From: an uncultured Bacilli bacterium
GTDB taxonomy: Bacteria > Bacillota_I > Bacilli_A > RF39 > UBA660
Length of the DNA stretch: 64,000 bases
Direction of reading: 5' to 3'
Assembly: GCA_910584085.1 (NCBI GenBank)
Contig: CAJTZY010000001.1
Coordinates: 51,830 to 115,829 of the forward strand
The notes under the pieces: model-generated
The model's database searches: none
The model's input: the letters and a program-made list of their open reading frames with translations, nothing else
What the model was told of the DNA's origin: nothing
Translations under genes and position numbers: made by a program
Part shown: one piece after another, positions 1 to 8,442 of the stretch
Layout: each line of letters begins with the position of its first letter
Position numbering within the stretch: position 1 is the stretch's first letter

Positions 1-42
1 AGCATTGGCTTTAAAAAAAAACAAATCTATTTAATTTATGAT

Positions 43-600
43 TTGATTCATAAAGGTATTGAGGAGCAAATATATACTAAAATTCATTTTCCATATCATA
101 ATATAGAGCATATTGAGAGGGTATTATGTTATTGTATTTGGATATTAAATATGAAAATTAGTAAAAGTGAGATTTTAAAAAATGTTGATATTTTGTTGTA
201 TGCTGCCTTATATCATGACTGTGGGAGAAGTTTAATTGTTTCTAATAAAAAACATGGAATTGTTGGAGCAAAAATTGCTAAAGAAAAATTAAAAAGAAAT
301 TTTAATAATAAAGATTTAAATTCAATAGAACTGCTAATTGAAACTCATGCTAAGCCAAATGATATTGTTGATTTTAAAAACTATAAATTTACTGAAAGTG
401 AAAAAGAAAATATTCAAATTTTATCAAATGTATTAAAAGATGCCGATGCATTAGATAGAAATAGGATTAAGGTATTTAAATTTGCTCAATGTAATCCTAA
501 TTATTTAAGGACTAATGAGGCAAAAGAAATATACCATATTAGTAATATATTTTTAAAAAAGTATGAAGAAGCAAAAAGTAAAACTAGAGGTATTGAGTAG
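43..600 (+). CDS. HD-domain metal-dependent phosphohydrolase (possibly 5' partial)
   Basis: Contains an HD motif (LYHDCGR) and a downstream DADALDR. The layout parallels the HD protein at 30953-31645 (HNIEHIERV vs HGMEHINRV). TTG at 43 is the first start, but the frame has no stop back to nt 1, so the start may lie outside the window. Confidence 0.7.
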   Translation: MIHKGIEEQIYTKIHFPYHNIEHIERVLCYCIWILNMKISKSEILKNVDILLYAALYHDCGRSLIVSNKKHGIVGAKIAKEKLKRNFNNKDLNSIELLIETHAKPNDIVDFKNYKFTESEKENIQILSNVLKDADALDRNRIKVFKFAQCNPNYLRTNEAKEIYHISNIFLKKYEEAKSKTRGIE

Positions 601-780
601 ATTTTGATGTTGAATGAATTGAATAATATTGTATAAATGTATTTAAATGCGTTATAATGTATTTATCAAATACAAATGAACTTATTTTTTTTGCTGATGA
701 GTGCAAAACTCCATCAGTAAACGCACCATAGGGAAATTAGTCGAACTAATCGACTTTAAATATAAAAAAGATTAATTTCA

Positions 781-967
781 AATATGGACTGCACCATATT
801 TAGGAAAAACTTCTATTCTTCGAACAAAAATATTTTTCGAAAAATATGATTATATTGTTATCTTAGAAAAAAGAAATAATTATTATCAATTAGTTACTGT
901 CTATGTAGTTGATAGGAAAGATAGACGAGAAGATTTATTAAAAGAATATATAAAATATAGTTCATAA
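781..967 (+). pseudogene. 3'-terminal remnant of an unidentified ORF
   Basis: The frame reads WTAPYLGKTSILRTKIFFEKYDYIVILEKRNNYYQLVTVYVVDRKDRREDLLKEYIKYSS*. An in-frame stop lies just upstream and there is no start or RBS. Family not recognised. Confidence 0.25.
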
Positions 968-1349
968 GACGGAAAAAGGATTGATCTAAAATCAACCCTT
1001 TTTCTGATGCTCCTTCTGATACTAGTCAGATGAGTAATTAGAATATATCATAAAACTATGATTTTTCCAAATATCTGACATTACTATTTTACGTCATAAT
1101 TTACATTATATGAATATAAATTTTATTGATTCCAAAAGAGTAACATACTACGCTATTGGCAGAGCCAACAACAGTGTGCAAAAGGAAAGCTCCCCCCTTT
1201 GAAATCCTAAAACATAATTAAGCAAGAAATATTATTCAATCAAAATTATGCTTTTTGAATTGCACTAAATCGCAATTATTTATTTTCAAAACTTCGTAAT
1301 GAAAATAAATATATAAAATTCTATCACTACTTTCATTGGAACTTCGTTT

Positions 1350-1650
1350 CAACAAAACGTGCCACAACTTTTATCTTCTTTTTGGTGAAGATTCATAATT
1401 ACGAATTTGATTCCATAAATCTTCTGAATTTTCATATTCCCAATCAGTCATATCTACAACTTCACAATCTGATGCTCTTAAAGTCTAGATTTGTGTGAGG
1501 TAAATCTACAAAAGCTGCTTCTTACATTTTTTTATCTATTTGCATTATTAGTTCATCATCTTTATTTTTTGGAACTGTTGGTTTTCTTGTTATAAATATT
1601 CTTTTACTTTCTGCATCTATCGTAAAAACTTGATAATCTTCATTCTTCAT
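1350..1650 (-). pseudogene. Small ORF broken by a stop and frameshifts
   Basis: The minus strand gives MKNEDYQVFTIDAESKRIFITRKPTVPKNKDDELIMQIDKKM*. It then continues in other frames (EAAFVDLPHTNLDFKSIRL*, ASDCEVVDMTDWEYENSEDLWNQIRNYESSPKEDKSCGTFC*). This reads like one ~110-aa gene that has decayed. Confidence 0.3.
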
Positions 1651-1813
1651 ATACAAACAACCCCCATATTCTTTAAATAAATCTTTAAATAAATATCATA
1701 AAATGAAAAAAACATTTGAAAAACTAAAAAAAATGTAGTATAATGGGTCATACAGTTGAAGATAAATGTACAAATAATATTTAAGTGACAACAAAATAGA
1801 AAACGAGGCAAAA

Positions 1814-2428
1814 ATGAATATTAATCCAAATAGTAAAAAAAACTTTAATGATGAAATAATTCTTAAATTTAATCCTATAATTATAACGGAATACTTAAAA
1901 TGGTTAAGTTATATTTCAGAAAAAGAGGTACAGCAAATTAATGAATTATCAGAAAAACCAATGTATGACTTAAGTAGTGCAGAAATAGAAAATTTAAAAA
2001 GATTTAACGAATCACTAAAACTTATACCGCTTTTAAAACAGTATTTATTAAATAATATTAGCAATAAAGATATGATAACTGTTCATAATTATATAATGGA
2101 ATATAATATAGAAGATATAATGAAATCCAAATTAGATGATAAAGAAATAAGTGAGGCAATGTTAATCATTGATGGTGTATTAAGAAAGCCACATAGTAAA
2201 TTAGTAAAATATGCTTTAAGTAATAGAGAAGAGGAAGTATATAACACATTATCTATGGTAGAAGCTTACGCACTATATTTTATAGATAAGATATATATGA
2301 ATTTAAGTGTTCAAAAAATAGAAAATTTAATTTTAAATAAATACCCTAATGCAATGGAACTTGAAGATTATAGAGCTAAAGAAGAAAAAAGGGTAAATAG
2401 AACACTTGAAATACTTAAAAAATTATAA
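1814..2428 (+). CDS. Hypothetical protein (204 aa)
   Basis: Long ORF in stop-rich AT DNA with an RBS-like acgagg upstream of the ATG. No recognisable motif. Confidence 0.7.
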   Translation: MNINPNSKKNFNDEIILKFNPIIITEYLKWLSYISEKEVQQINELSEKPMYDLSSAEIENLKRFNESLKLIPLLKQYLLNNISNKDMITVHNYIMEYNIEDIMKSKLDDKEISEAMLIIDGVLRKPHSKLVKYALSNREEEVYNTLSMVEAYALYFIDKIYMNLSVQKIENLILNKYPNAMELEDYRAKEEKRVNRTLEILKKL

Positions 2429-2541
2429 TTTAATGGATTAATAATCCTTTTTTTTGTAAACTTAAATTAATTAGTTATAAAAAGTATATCTTAAATATAA
2501 AAATATGCTATAATAGTATATATAATATAGGAGTGAAAAAT

Positions 2542-4308
2542 ATGAGCACATATGATAAATTTGAGTATGAAAATTTTAATGAAGAAACAAAGAGATATTT
2601 AAATAAGGTAATGGATATTTATTCATCAATAATGAATAAAGACATTATTTTAAAAGATTATAATAATTATGAACTTGTAGATTTAGAAAAAAAATTACTT
2701 TCAATTTATTTAGCAAGTTTTTTAGTGGAATGCAATTTAAAACATACACTAGAGGAATTTAATGAGATAAAAATTGATGATTTATTAACTTTTTTTGGGT
2801 TAAATAGAGAAGATATAAAAGAATTGGAAAAGGATGTATATAGGGGCTTTTATAATATATATTTTGACTGGGAATCAGTAAAAAGAATGGATAGTGAGTT
2901 AAGAGAAATTCTTTTAATCGACAGGCTAAACCTTTTCTTTTCCAATTATGATATTAATATAATCACTCCTGAAATAATCTTTTTATGTACAACAACATTA
3001 AATCCACTAAATGATTTTAATAAAGAAAAAAAATTATGTATTTTTAATTTTTCCCAGCATGAAAGTTTTAAAAGGGTTGAAGAATTTGCTTTAAAAACTG
3101 GTAGTTTAAAGAAAATTAATACAGAACATGAAAAAATTAGATTAATTTCCCCAAACGATATTTATAAAAACAAAAAAAATCCTTTAAAAGATTTACAATC
3201 TTTAACAATAAAAATATACAAAGACAATTTTAAGATTGAAGATGATGGTGAAAAAGAAGAAGGAATTTTTAAGAATGTTCATGAAAAAACAGAAGGCTCA
3301 CCAAATGTTGATGATGAAAAAATTTGGTCCTTACTTGATGATATACAAAAAAAGTTTATTGGACAAGAAACTGCTGCAGAATATTTATTTTACAATATAG
3401 TTAATAATCAACAATTAGCTTCAAGAGAAGACGTTAGTGATGGAGAACGTTCTATAATTTTTCTTGATGGACCAACAGGTACTGGAAAAACAGCCATTAC
3501 AAGAGAAATTACTAATAGATTAGGTATACCATTTACATCCTCAACAATTACTAATTACTCAAGTACGGGATATGTTGGCGGTGATATTACAGATACATTA
3601 AAGGATTTACTAAATAAATCGGGTGGCGATTTAAAAAAAGCTGAAAGAGGTATTATTGTATTTGATGAATTTGATAAAATTGCCTACAGTAGGAATAATG
3701 GACTTGAAATGAAGAGGGCTGTTCAACAACAATTACTTGACTTTATGGGTGGAGGAAAGTATAGAGTTTCCATGGGACCTTATGACCCTAATATTGAATT
3801 TGACACTTCTAAATTAACTTTTGTATGTTTAGGTGCTTTATCAGATTTAAGAGAGAAAAAAACAGAAAGAAAACAATCAATAGGATTTACAGATACATTA
3901 GATGATAGAAATTCTGATACATATAGCATAAATCCACAAGATTTAATTAATATTGGTCTTGAAAGAGAACTTGTTGGTAGATTTAATACATATCTTCATA
4001 CTGAAGAATATTCTAAGGAAGATTTATTAAGAATTTTAAAAGAATCAACTATAAGTCCAATGATTGGTTTTGAAAAATGGATAAATTCGAAAGGGAAAAA
4101 ACTTATAGTTGAGGATGGTGTCTATGAAATTATAGCTGAAACTGCTTATGACTTAAATACAGGTGCAAGAGCATTACAAACTATAATAAATAATATTAGA
4201 ACACCCTTTATAAAAGAAGTATTAAGAGGAAAAGAAGATATATTCTTAAGTGTAGATACCATTATTAACATAAAGCAAAATACATTAAATAGAAAGGCTA
4301 GAAGATAA
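2542..4308 (+). CDS. ClpX-like AAA+ unfoldase with a non-canonical ~300-aa N-terminal region
   Basis: The C-terminal half carries Walker A GPTGTGKT, pore-1 loop GYVG, Walker B IIVFDEFDKI, an IGF-type loop (KQSIGFTD), ELVGRF, and sensor-2 TGARAL. All are collinear with ClpX. No N-terminal C4 zinc finger is present. AGGAG at 2529-2533 favours the ATG at 2542 over the GTG at 2533. Confidence 0.85.
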   Translation: MSTYDKFEYENFNEETKRYLNKVMDIYSSIMNKDIILKDYNNYELVDLEKKLLSIYLASFLVECNLKHTLEEFNEIKIDDLLTFFGLNREDIKELEKDVYRGFYNIYFDWESVKRMDSELREILLIDRLNLFFSNYDINIITPEIIFLCTTTLNPLNDFNKEKKLCIFNFSQHESFKRVEEFALKTGSLKKINTEHEKIRLISPNDIYKNKKNPLKDLQSLTIKIYKDNFKIEDDGEKEEGIFKNVHEKTEGSPNVDDEKIWSLLDDIQKKFIGQETAAEYLFYNIVNNQQLASREDVSDGERSIIFLDGPTGTGKTAITREITNRLGIPFTSSTITNYSSTGYVGGDITDTLKDLLNKSGGDLKKAERGIIVFDEFDKIAYSRNNGLEMKRAVQQQLLDFMGGGKYRVSMGPYDPNIEFDTSKLTFVCLGALSDLREKKTERKQSIGFTDTLDDRNSDTYSINPQDLINIGLERELVGRFNTYLHTEEYSKEDLLRILKESTISPMIGFEKWINSKGKKLIVEDGVYEIIAETAYDLNTGARALQTIINNIRTPFIKEVLRGKEDIFLSVDTIINIKQNTLNRKARR

Positions 4309-4309
4309 T

Positions 4310-4645
4310 ATGAAATATGAATATAATGGCAATTTATTAGAAGATGAGAGAATAAATTTAGTAGCAAATGAAATTATAAGTGCCTATCCTCAAATAAGTT
4401 TTGATAATGCTAAAGAAGCAGCTATGCTTGAAGGAAAAATATCTACAGATAAAAATTTTGAAATGGAATTTAATAGATTATATAACATTATAACTATTAT
4501 GAAAAATGATAAAAATATTGTAAGAATTATATATAAAGATTTAGTTAACTTATTAGTGAGTAACAAAGAACATGAAAAAATTAGTTATTATTATGAAATC
4601 GCACTTAATATTTCTAATTTTTTAATGGATAGAGGAGATTTTTAA
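4310..4645 (+). CDS. Hypothetical small protein (111 aa), translationally coupled to the ClpX-like gene
   Basis: The ATG lies 1 nt after the upstream TAA (agataatATG). No recognisable motif. Confidence 0.65.
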   Translation: MKYEYNGNLLEDERINLVANEIISAYPQISFDNAKEAAMLEGKISTDKNFEMEFNRLYNIITIMKNDKNIVRIIYKDLVNLLVSNKEHEKISYYYEIALNISNFLMDRGDF

Positions 4646-4736
4646 TATCTTCTTTTTTATATACAAATATAATAATTTTGTGATTTTATTAAAGTAAGGT
4701 ATAATATAATAAATAATTTTAGTGAATGGGGTATTT

Positions 4737-5819
4737 ATGGATAATAAAGTAAATGAAATTATGAATATAATGGAAAATATAACTTATGGATTTAAAAATA
4801 AAAATGGGGATAATATATTAGATATAGATCCAGACTGGAATTTTGATGAATATTATCTTCAAACACCAGACGAACTTTTAAGGAAAAAATGTGGAGTTTG
4901 CTTTGATCAAGTTGAACTTGAAAGAAAATTGTTTAAAAACAAAAATATAGACTTTAAAACATATTTTATATGTACATATGATGGTGATATGTTACCATCG
5001 CATACATTTTTAGTATATCAAGATAAAGATAAATATTGTTGGTTTGAACACTCTTGGGGAAGATATAGAGGCATTCATAAATATAATACTAATTTGGAAT
5101 TATTATTAGATGTAAAAGATAAATTCAGGAGTGAACACACTTATGTAAGTGGAGAGGCATATACATTTATACATGAATATAGTAAACCAAAAAGTCACAT
5201 TTCATGTACAGAATTTTATAGATATATGGAAACCCAAAAATTAATTAAGTTAAATTCACCATTATACTTTTATCATTTAGTTAATAAAGATGCAAATATA
5301 AATCCTGGATTAATTAGTTTACAGTATATGTATAATAAAAAAATGTACGATTTATTTGATAAGAGTGTATTAAAATACAAAGAAAGAATTATAAACGATT
5401 GGAATATAAATAAGTATAAAGGTAAAGAAAGTTTATCTAGAGAAGATTATATAGATGCTTTAAATATTTTTAGAGGTCATCATGGCTCAAACTACATATA
5501 TTTCTTTAGATATCCACTATATAAAAAATTGGGTAGTAAAATAAATGAACTTTCAAAATATAAAGATATATATCGAATAAATATAAATGATGAAGAACTA
5601 CAAAAAAGGATTTTAGACATATTCTATGGCTTTGATATGAGTAATAGTGATAATAAAATGTTAGATAAAAAATATTATGAAAATGTAACAAAGAATGAAT
5701 ATTTTTCAAACTATGATGATAACGAAGAGATGAATTTTAGTAAACTTAATCATATTGCTATAAGTTTTAGTGGGTGTTATTGCCCAAAAAAATTCTTAGA
5801 AAAAGTAGATTTTGAATAA
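4737..5819 (+). CDS. Transglutaminase-like (papain-fold) cysteine peptidase domain protein with an unknown C-terminal half
   Basis: The N-terminal region has the order Cys (KCGVCFDQ), His (SHTFLVY), then FEHSW, which resembles the transglutaminase-core Cys-His-Asp/Glu arrangement. The ATG at 4737 follows GGGG; the GTG at 4722 is an alternative start. Confidence 0.5.
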   Translation: MDNKVNEIMNIMENITYGFKNKNGDNILDIDPDWNFDEYYLQTPDELLRKKCGVCFDQVELERKLFKNKNIDFKTYFICTYDGDMLPSHTFLVYQDKDKYCWFEHSWGRYRGIHKYNTNLELLLDVKDKFRSEHTYVSGEAYTFIHEYSKPKSHISCTEFYRYMETQKLIKLNSPLYFYHLVNKDANINPGLISLQYMYNKKMYDLFDKSVLKYKERIINDWNINKYKGKESLSREDYIDALNIFRGHHGSNYIYFFRYPLYKKLGSKINELSKYKDIYRININDEELQKRILDIFYGFDMSNSDNKMLDKKYYENVTKNEYFSNYDDNEEMNFSKLNHIAISFSGCYCPKKFLEKVDFE

Positions 5820-5885
5820 AAAATACTCTTTTTCTTTTAATTTACGTGAAATTAATGTATAATGAAAACAGGGGAGTGAGTTGTT

Positions 5886-6977
5886 GTGGAAAATAAATTG
5901 AAGTTAGTTGTACCAGATAATTTTATTGAATTTGGAGTAAAGGTAAATAATCATATCAATCTTATAAGAAATACTCATGAAAATTATATAGTAGATATGA
6001 ATTTAGTACGTTTTAATAATGGTGAAGGAAAATGTTCGTTTAAAGAATCAGTAAGAGATCAAGACGTATACATTATGACTGATATAGGTAATTATGATGT
6101 TACATATGAAGCACAAAGGGGAATACATCATATGATGCCAGATGAACATTATCAAGATTTAAAAAGAATTATAAGTGCGATGGGTGGACATGCTAGTAAG
6201 ATTACAGTAATTATGCCTCTTTTATATCAATCAAGGCAAGATAAAAGAAGCTCAAGAGAATCACTTGATTGTGCAATGGCACTTCAGGAACTTGAAAGAT
6301 TTAATATTAGTGAACTCGTTACATTTGATGCACATAATCCTATAGTTGCTAATGCTATACCTAATAAAATGTCATTTAGTAATGGATATGCAACAAGTGA
6401 TATGATACTTAGTTTGTTAGAAAATGAAAATATAGATATCGATAAACTATTTATTGTAAGTCCAGATGAGGGAGCACGTACAAGGGCTAAGTTTTTAGCA
6501 GATATACTAGGTGGAGTAAAATATGGTAACTTTGATAAAAGAAGAGACTATACAAAAATAGAAGATGGTAAAAATCCCATGGTTTACCATGAATTTATTG
6601 GTCCAGAAAATCTTAACGGTTTAGATATAATCTTAGTAGATGATATGATCGCATCAGGTACTTCATTAATCGATTCTGCAGTTCAAATTAAAAATAGAGG
6701 CGCAAATCACATTTACCTTATGACTACGTTTGCACTATTCACTAAGGGTATAGAAATATTTGATGATGCATATAGGAAGGGAATATTTGATAAGCTATAT
6801 TCAACTAATTTAACATATGTTCCAAATGAATATAAGGAAATGCCTTGGTATTTTAATGTAGACTGTTCACATAAAGTTGCTAAAATTATAAGTGACTTAA
6901 ATGAGGGAAAGTCTATAAGATCACTTTTAAATGGAAAAGAAGAAACTGCACAAAAAATAAAAACTTTAAAAATATAA
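5886..6977 (+). CDS. prs: Ribose-phosphate pyrophosphokinase (PRPP synthetase) family, long form
   Basis: Carries LLYQSRQDKR (Prs RQDR region), DAHN, VSPDEGA, DKRRD, and the PRPP-binding loop IILVDDMIASGTS. GTG start after GGGGAG. Paralogous to 23704-24804. Confidence 0.8.
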   Translation: MENKLKLVVPDNFIEFGVKVNNHINLIRNTHENYIVDMNLVRFNNGEGKCSFKESVRDQDVYIMTDIGNYDVTYEAQRGIHHMMPDEHYQDLKRIISAMGGHASKITVIMPLLYQSRQDKRSSRESLDCAMALQELERFNISELVTFDAHNPIVANAIPNKMSFSNGYATSDMILSLLENENIDIDKLFIVSPDEGARTRAKFLADILGGVKYGNFDKRRDYTKIEDGKNPMVYHEFIGPENLNGLDIILVDDMIASGTSLIDSAVQIKNRGANHIYLMTTFALFTKGIEIFDDAYRKGIFDKLYSTNLTYVPNEYKEMPWYFNVDCSHKVAKIISDLNEGKSIRSLLNGKEETAQKIKTLKI

Positions 6978-7009
6978 AGAACAATAATATATTTTTTGCA
7001 TAAAATGTA

Positions 7010-7038
7010 TTGAAAAATAAAATTAAATTTGTTATACT
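7010..7038 (+). promoter_or_regulatory. Sigma-A-type promoter for tRNA-Cys
   Basis: TTGAAA (7010-7015), 17-nt spacer, TATACT (7033-7038), about 19 nt upstream of the tRNA 5' end. Confidence 0.5.
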
Positions 7039-7056
7039 ATAAAAGTATTAACAAAT

Positions 7057-7130
7057 GGGTCTATAGCCAAGTGGTAAGGCGTGGGACTGCAACTCCCTGA
7101 TCGTTGGTTCAAATCCGACTAGGCCCTCCA
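7057..7130 (+). tRNA. tRNA-Cys (GCA)
   Basis: Hand-folded cloverleaf. Acceptor stem is GGGTCTA/TAGGCCC and the anticodon loop is CTGCAAC. The T arm is GTTGG-TTCAAAT-CCGAC. The CCA end is encoded. Confidence 0.9.
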
Positions 7131-7143
7131 TATTAAAAATATC

Positions 7144-7166
7144 CGAACTCTTGCAGTTCGTTTTTT
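7144..7166 (+). terminator. Intrinsic terminator after tRNA-Cys
   Basis: Hairpin cgaact-cttgc-agttcg followed by TTTTTT. Confidence 0.7.
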
Positions 7167-7412
7167 CTTTATAAGATAATAAGATTAAATTTTCTAAAAA
7201 TTACACCGACCGAAAAGTGACCAAAAATATTGATAATATTTTAATTCAAATTGGTAATAGTAAAAATACTTATTATGTGGTAAAATAGTTACAGAAATTG
7301 ATAAGGTTTATTAGCTTCTTGGTTTAGCGAAAAAAGTTTGAAATAGCTTAACTACTTACTCCAATAGACGAAAATTTTAAGTATTTATGAATTTATATAA
7401 GGAAAATATGAT

Positions 7413-7682
7413 ATGGACATGATAGATTATTTTGATATTGAGTATACAAAAGAAAAATTGAATAAGTGCTTAGAAAATGGAACAGAACCAGAATTATGTA
7501 TAAAAATTGAGGGAAACGATTATATGATTATACCGTTGAGAGACAAAATATCTTTTCAATGGATTGGTAAAACATCTGAATTTTTTTATAAAGATGTAGA
7601 TGAACTATTTTCTAATGAATTAATAAACGGAATTGTTTTAAATAGAGATTGGAATAAAGTTGAAGATATTTATTATTACTAA
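7413..7682 (+). CDS. Hypothetical small protein (89 aa)
   Basis: ORF preceded by aaggaaaa. No recognisable motif. Confidence 0.55.
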   Translation: MDMIDYFDIEYTKEKLNKCLENGTEPELCIKIEGNDYMIIPLRDKISFQWIGKTSEFFYKDVDELFSNELINGIVLNRDWNKVEDIYYY

Positions 7683-7791
7683 ATGAAAATGATATAAATT
7701 TTGAAAATTATTTGGTAATAACTCAATTAGACAGAAGAAACAAGATAGTTTGTCTTTAAAATTTAATGAGTAGTATGAAGGTGGAATAATA

Positions 7792-8163
7792 ATGAAGATA
7801 GATAATTTTTATTTTGTAGTAGATAATATAGAAAAATCCATAAAGTTTTATAGTCAACTTTTAAACGAAGAACCCTCAAATATCACAGAAAATAGATGGG
7901 CAGATTGGAATAATACTAATAATCAAATTTATTTTGGAATTATTAGTGTGGAAGCCGCAGAAAGTAAAAAAAGTATTGGAAATAATGGTGTACTAGGTTT
8001 ATACACAAATGATATAGAAAAATCACTTGAAAAATGCAAAAAATTAGGTGCGAAAATTTTATATGAGCCTGAGGCAATTCCTAATAGTGAAGATAATTAT
8101 AGATGTTTTGCAATTGAGGACTTAGATGGTAATAAAATTGAAATTGCACACTATGATAAATAA
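7792..8163 (+). CDS. VOC (glyoxalase/bleomycin-resistance) family protein
   Basis: N-terminus FYFVVDNIEKSIKFYSQLL and C-terminus FAIEDLDGNKIEIA are typical of paired beta-alpha-beta-beta-beta VOC modules. GGTGGA RBS. Confidence 0.7.
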   Translation: MKIDNFYFVVDNIEKSIKFYSQLLNEEPSNITENRWADWNNTNNQIYFGIISVEAAESKKSIGNNGVLGLYTNDIEKSLEKCKKLGAKILYEPEAIPNSEDNYRCFAIEDLDGNKIEIAHYDK

Positions 8164-8289
8164 AAAAGGTATTGAGAATGGATTTTTAAAAAGTTTTTTT
8201 AGGTGGAAAAATTAATGAAAGAATTAGAAATAATTAGTTTAGATTTTGAAAAAAACTTAAATTAAAATTAAAAAGTACAAATAAGTATT

Positions 8290-8315
8290 AAACATATATT
8301 CTTTATGTTTTTTTT
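8290..8315 (+). terminator. Intrinsic terminator or attenuator hairpin
   Basis: Hairpin aaacata-tattctt-tatgttt followed by a T-run. It lies between a 16-codon mini-ORF (8215-8265) and the ABC exporter genes. Confidence 0.55.
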
Positions 8316-8442
8316 GTGAAATTTATTGACAAAATTTAATAATAAATATACCATGGTATATAGTTTTGTAAAAAAATTCCAAAAATTCTTAAAAACAAAT
8401 AGAATAATATGGGCTAAAGAATATATTAATAGAGGTGATAAA

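Noticed and set aside
704-764. Possible hammerhead ribozyme: CUGAUGA at 704-710, GAAA at 733-736, and a hairpin at 739-755.
   Set aside because: - Stem II would need an 18-nt loop.
- Six extra nucleotides separate stem II from the GAAA box.
- Stem I cannot be formed convincingly.
- A plain hairpin (ctgatgag...tccatcag) explains the CUGAUGA.
8326-8442. TTG-initiated 39-codon extension of the first ABC exporter gene.
   Set aside because: - It has no RBS and spans a promoter-like region and a 14-bp palindrome.
- The ATG at 8443 has a GAGGTGA RBS and gives a normal N-terminus before TM1.
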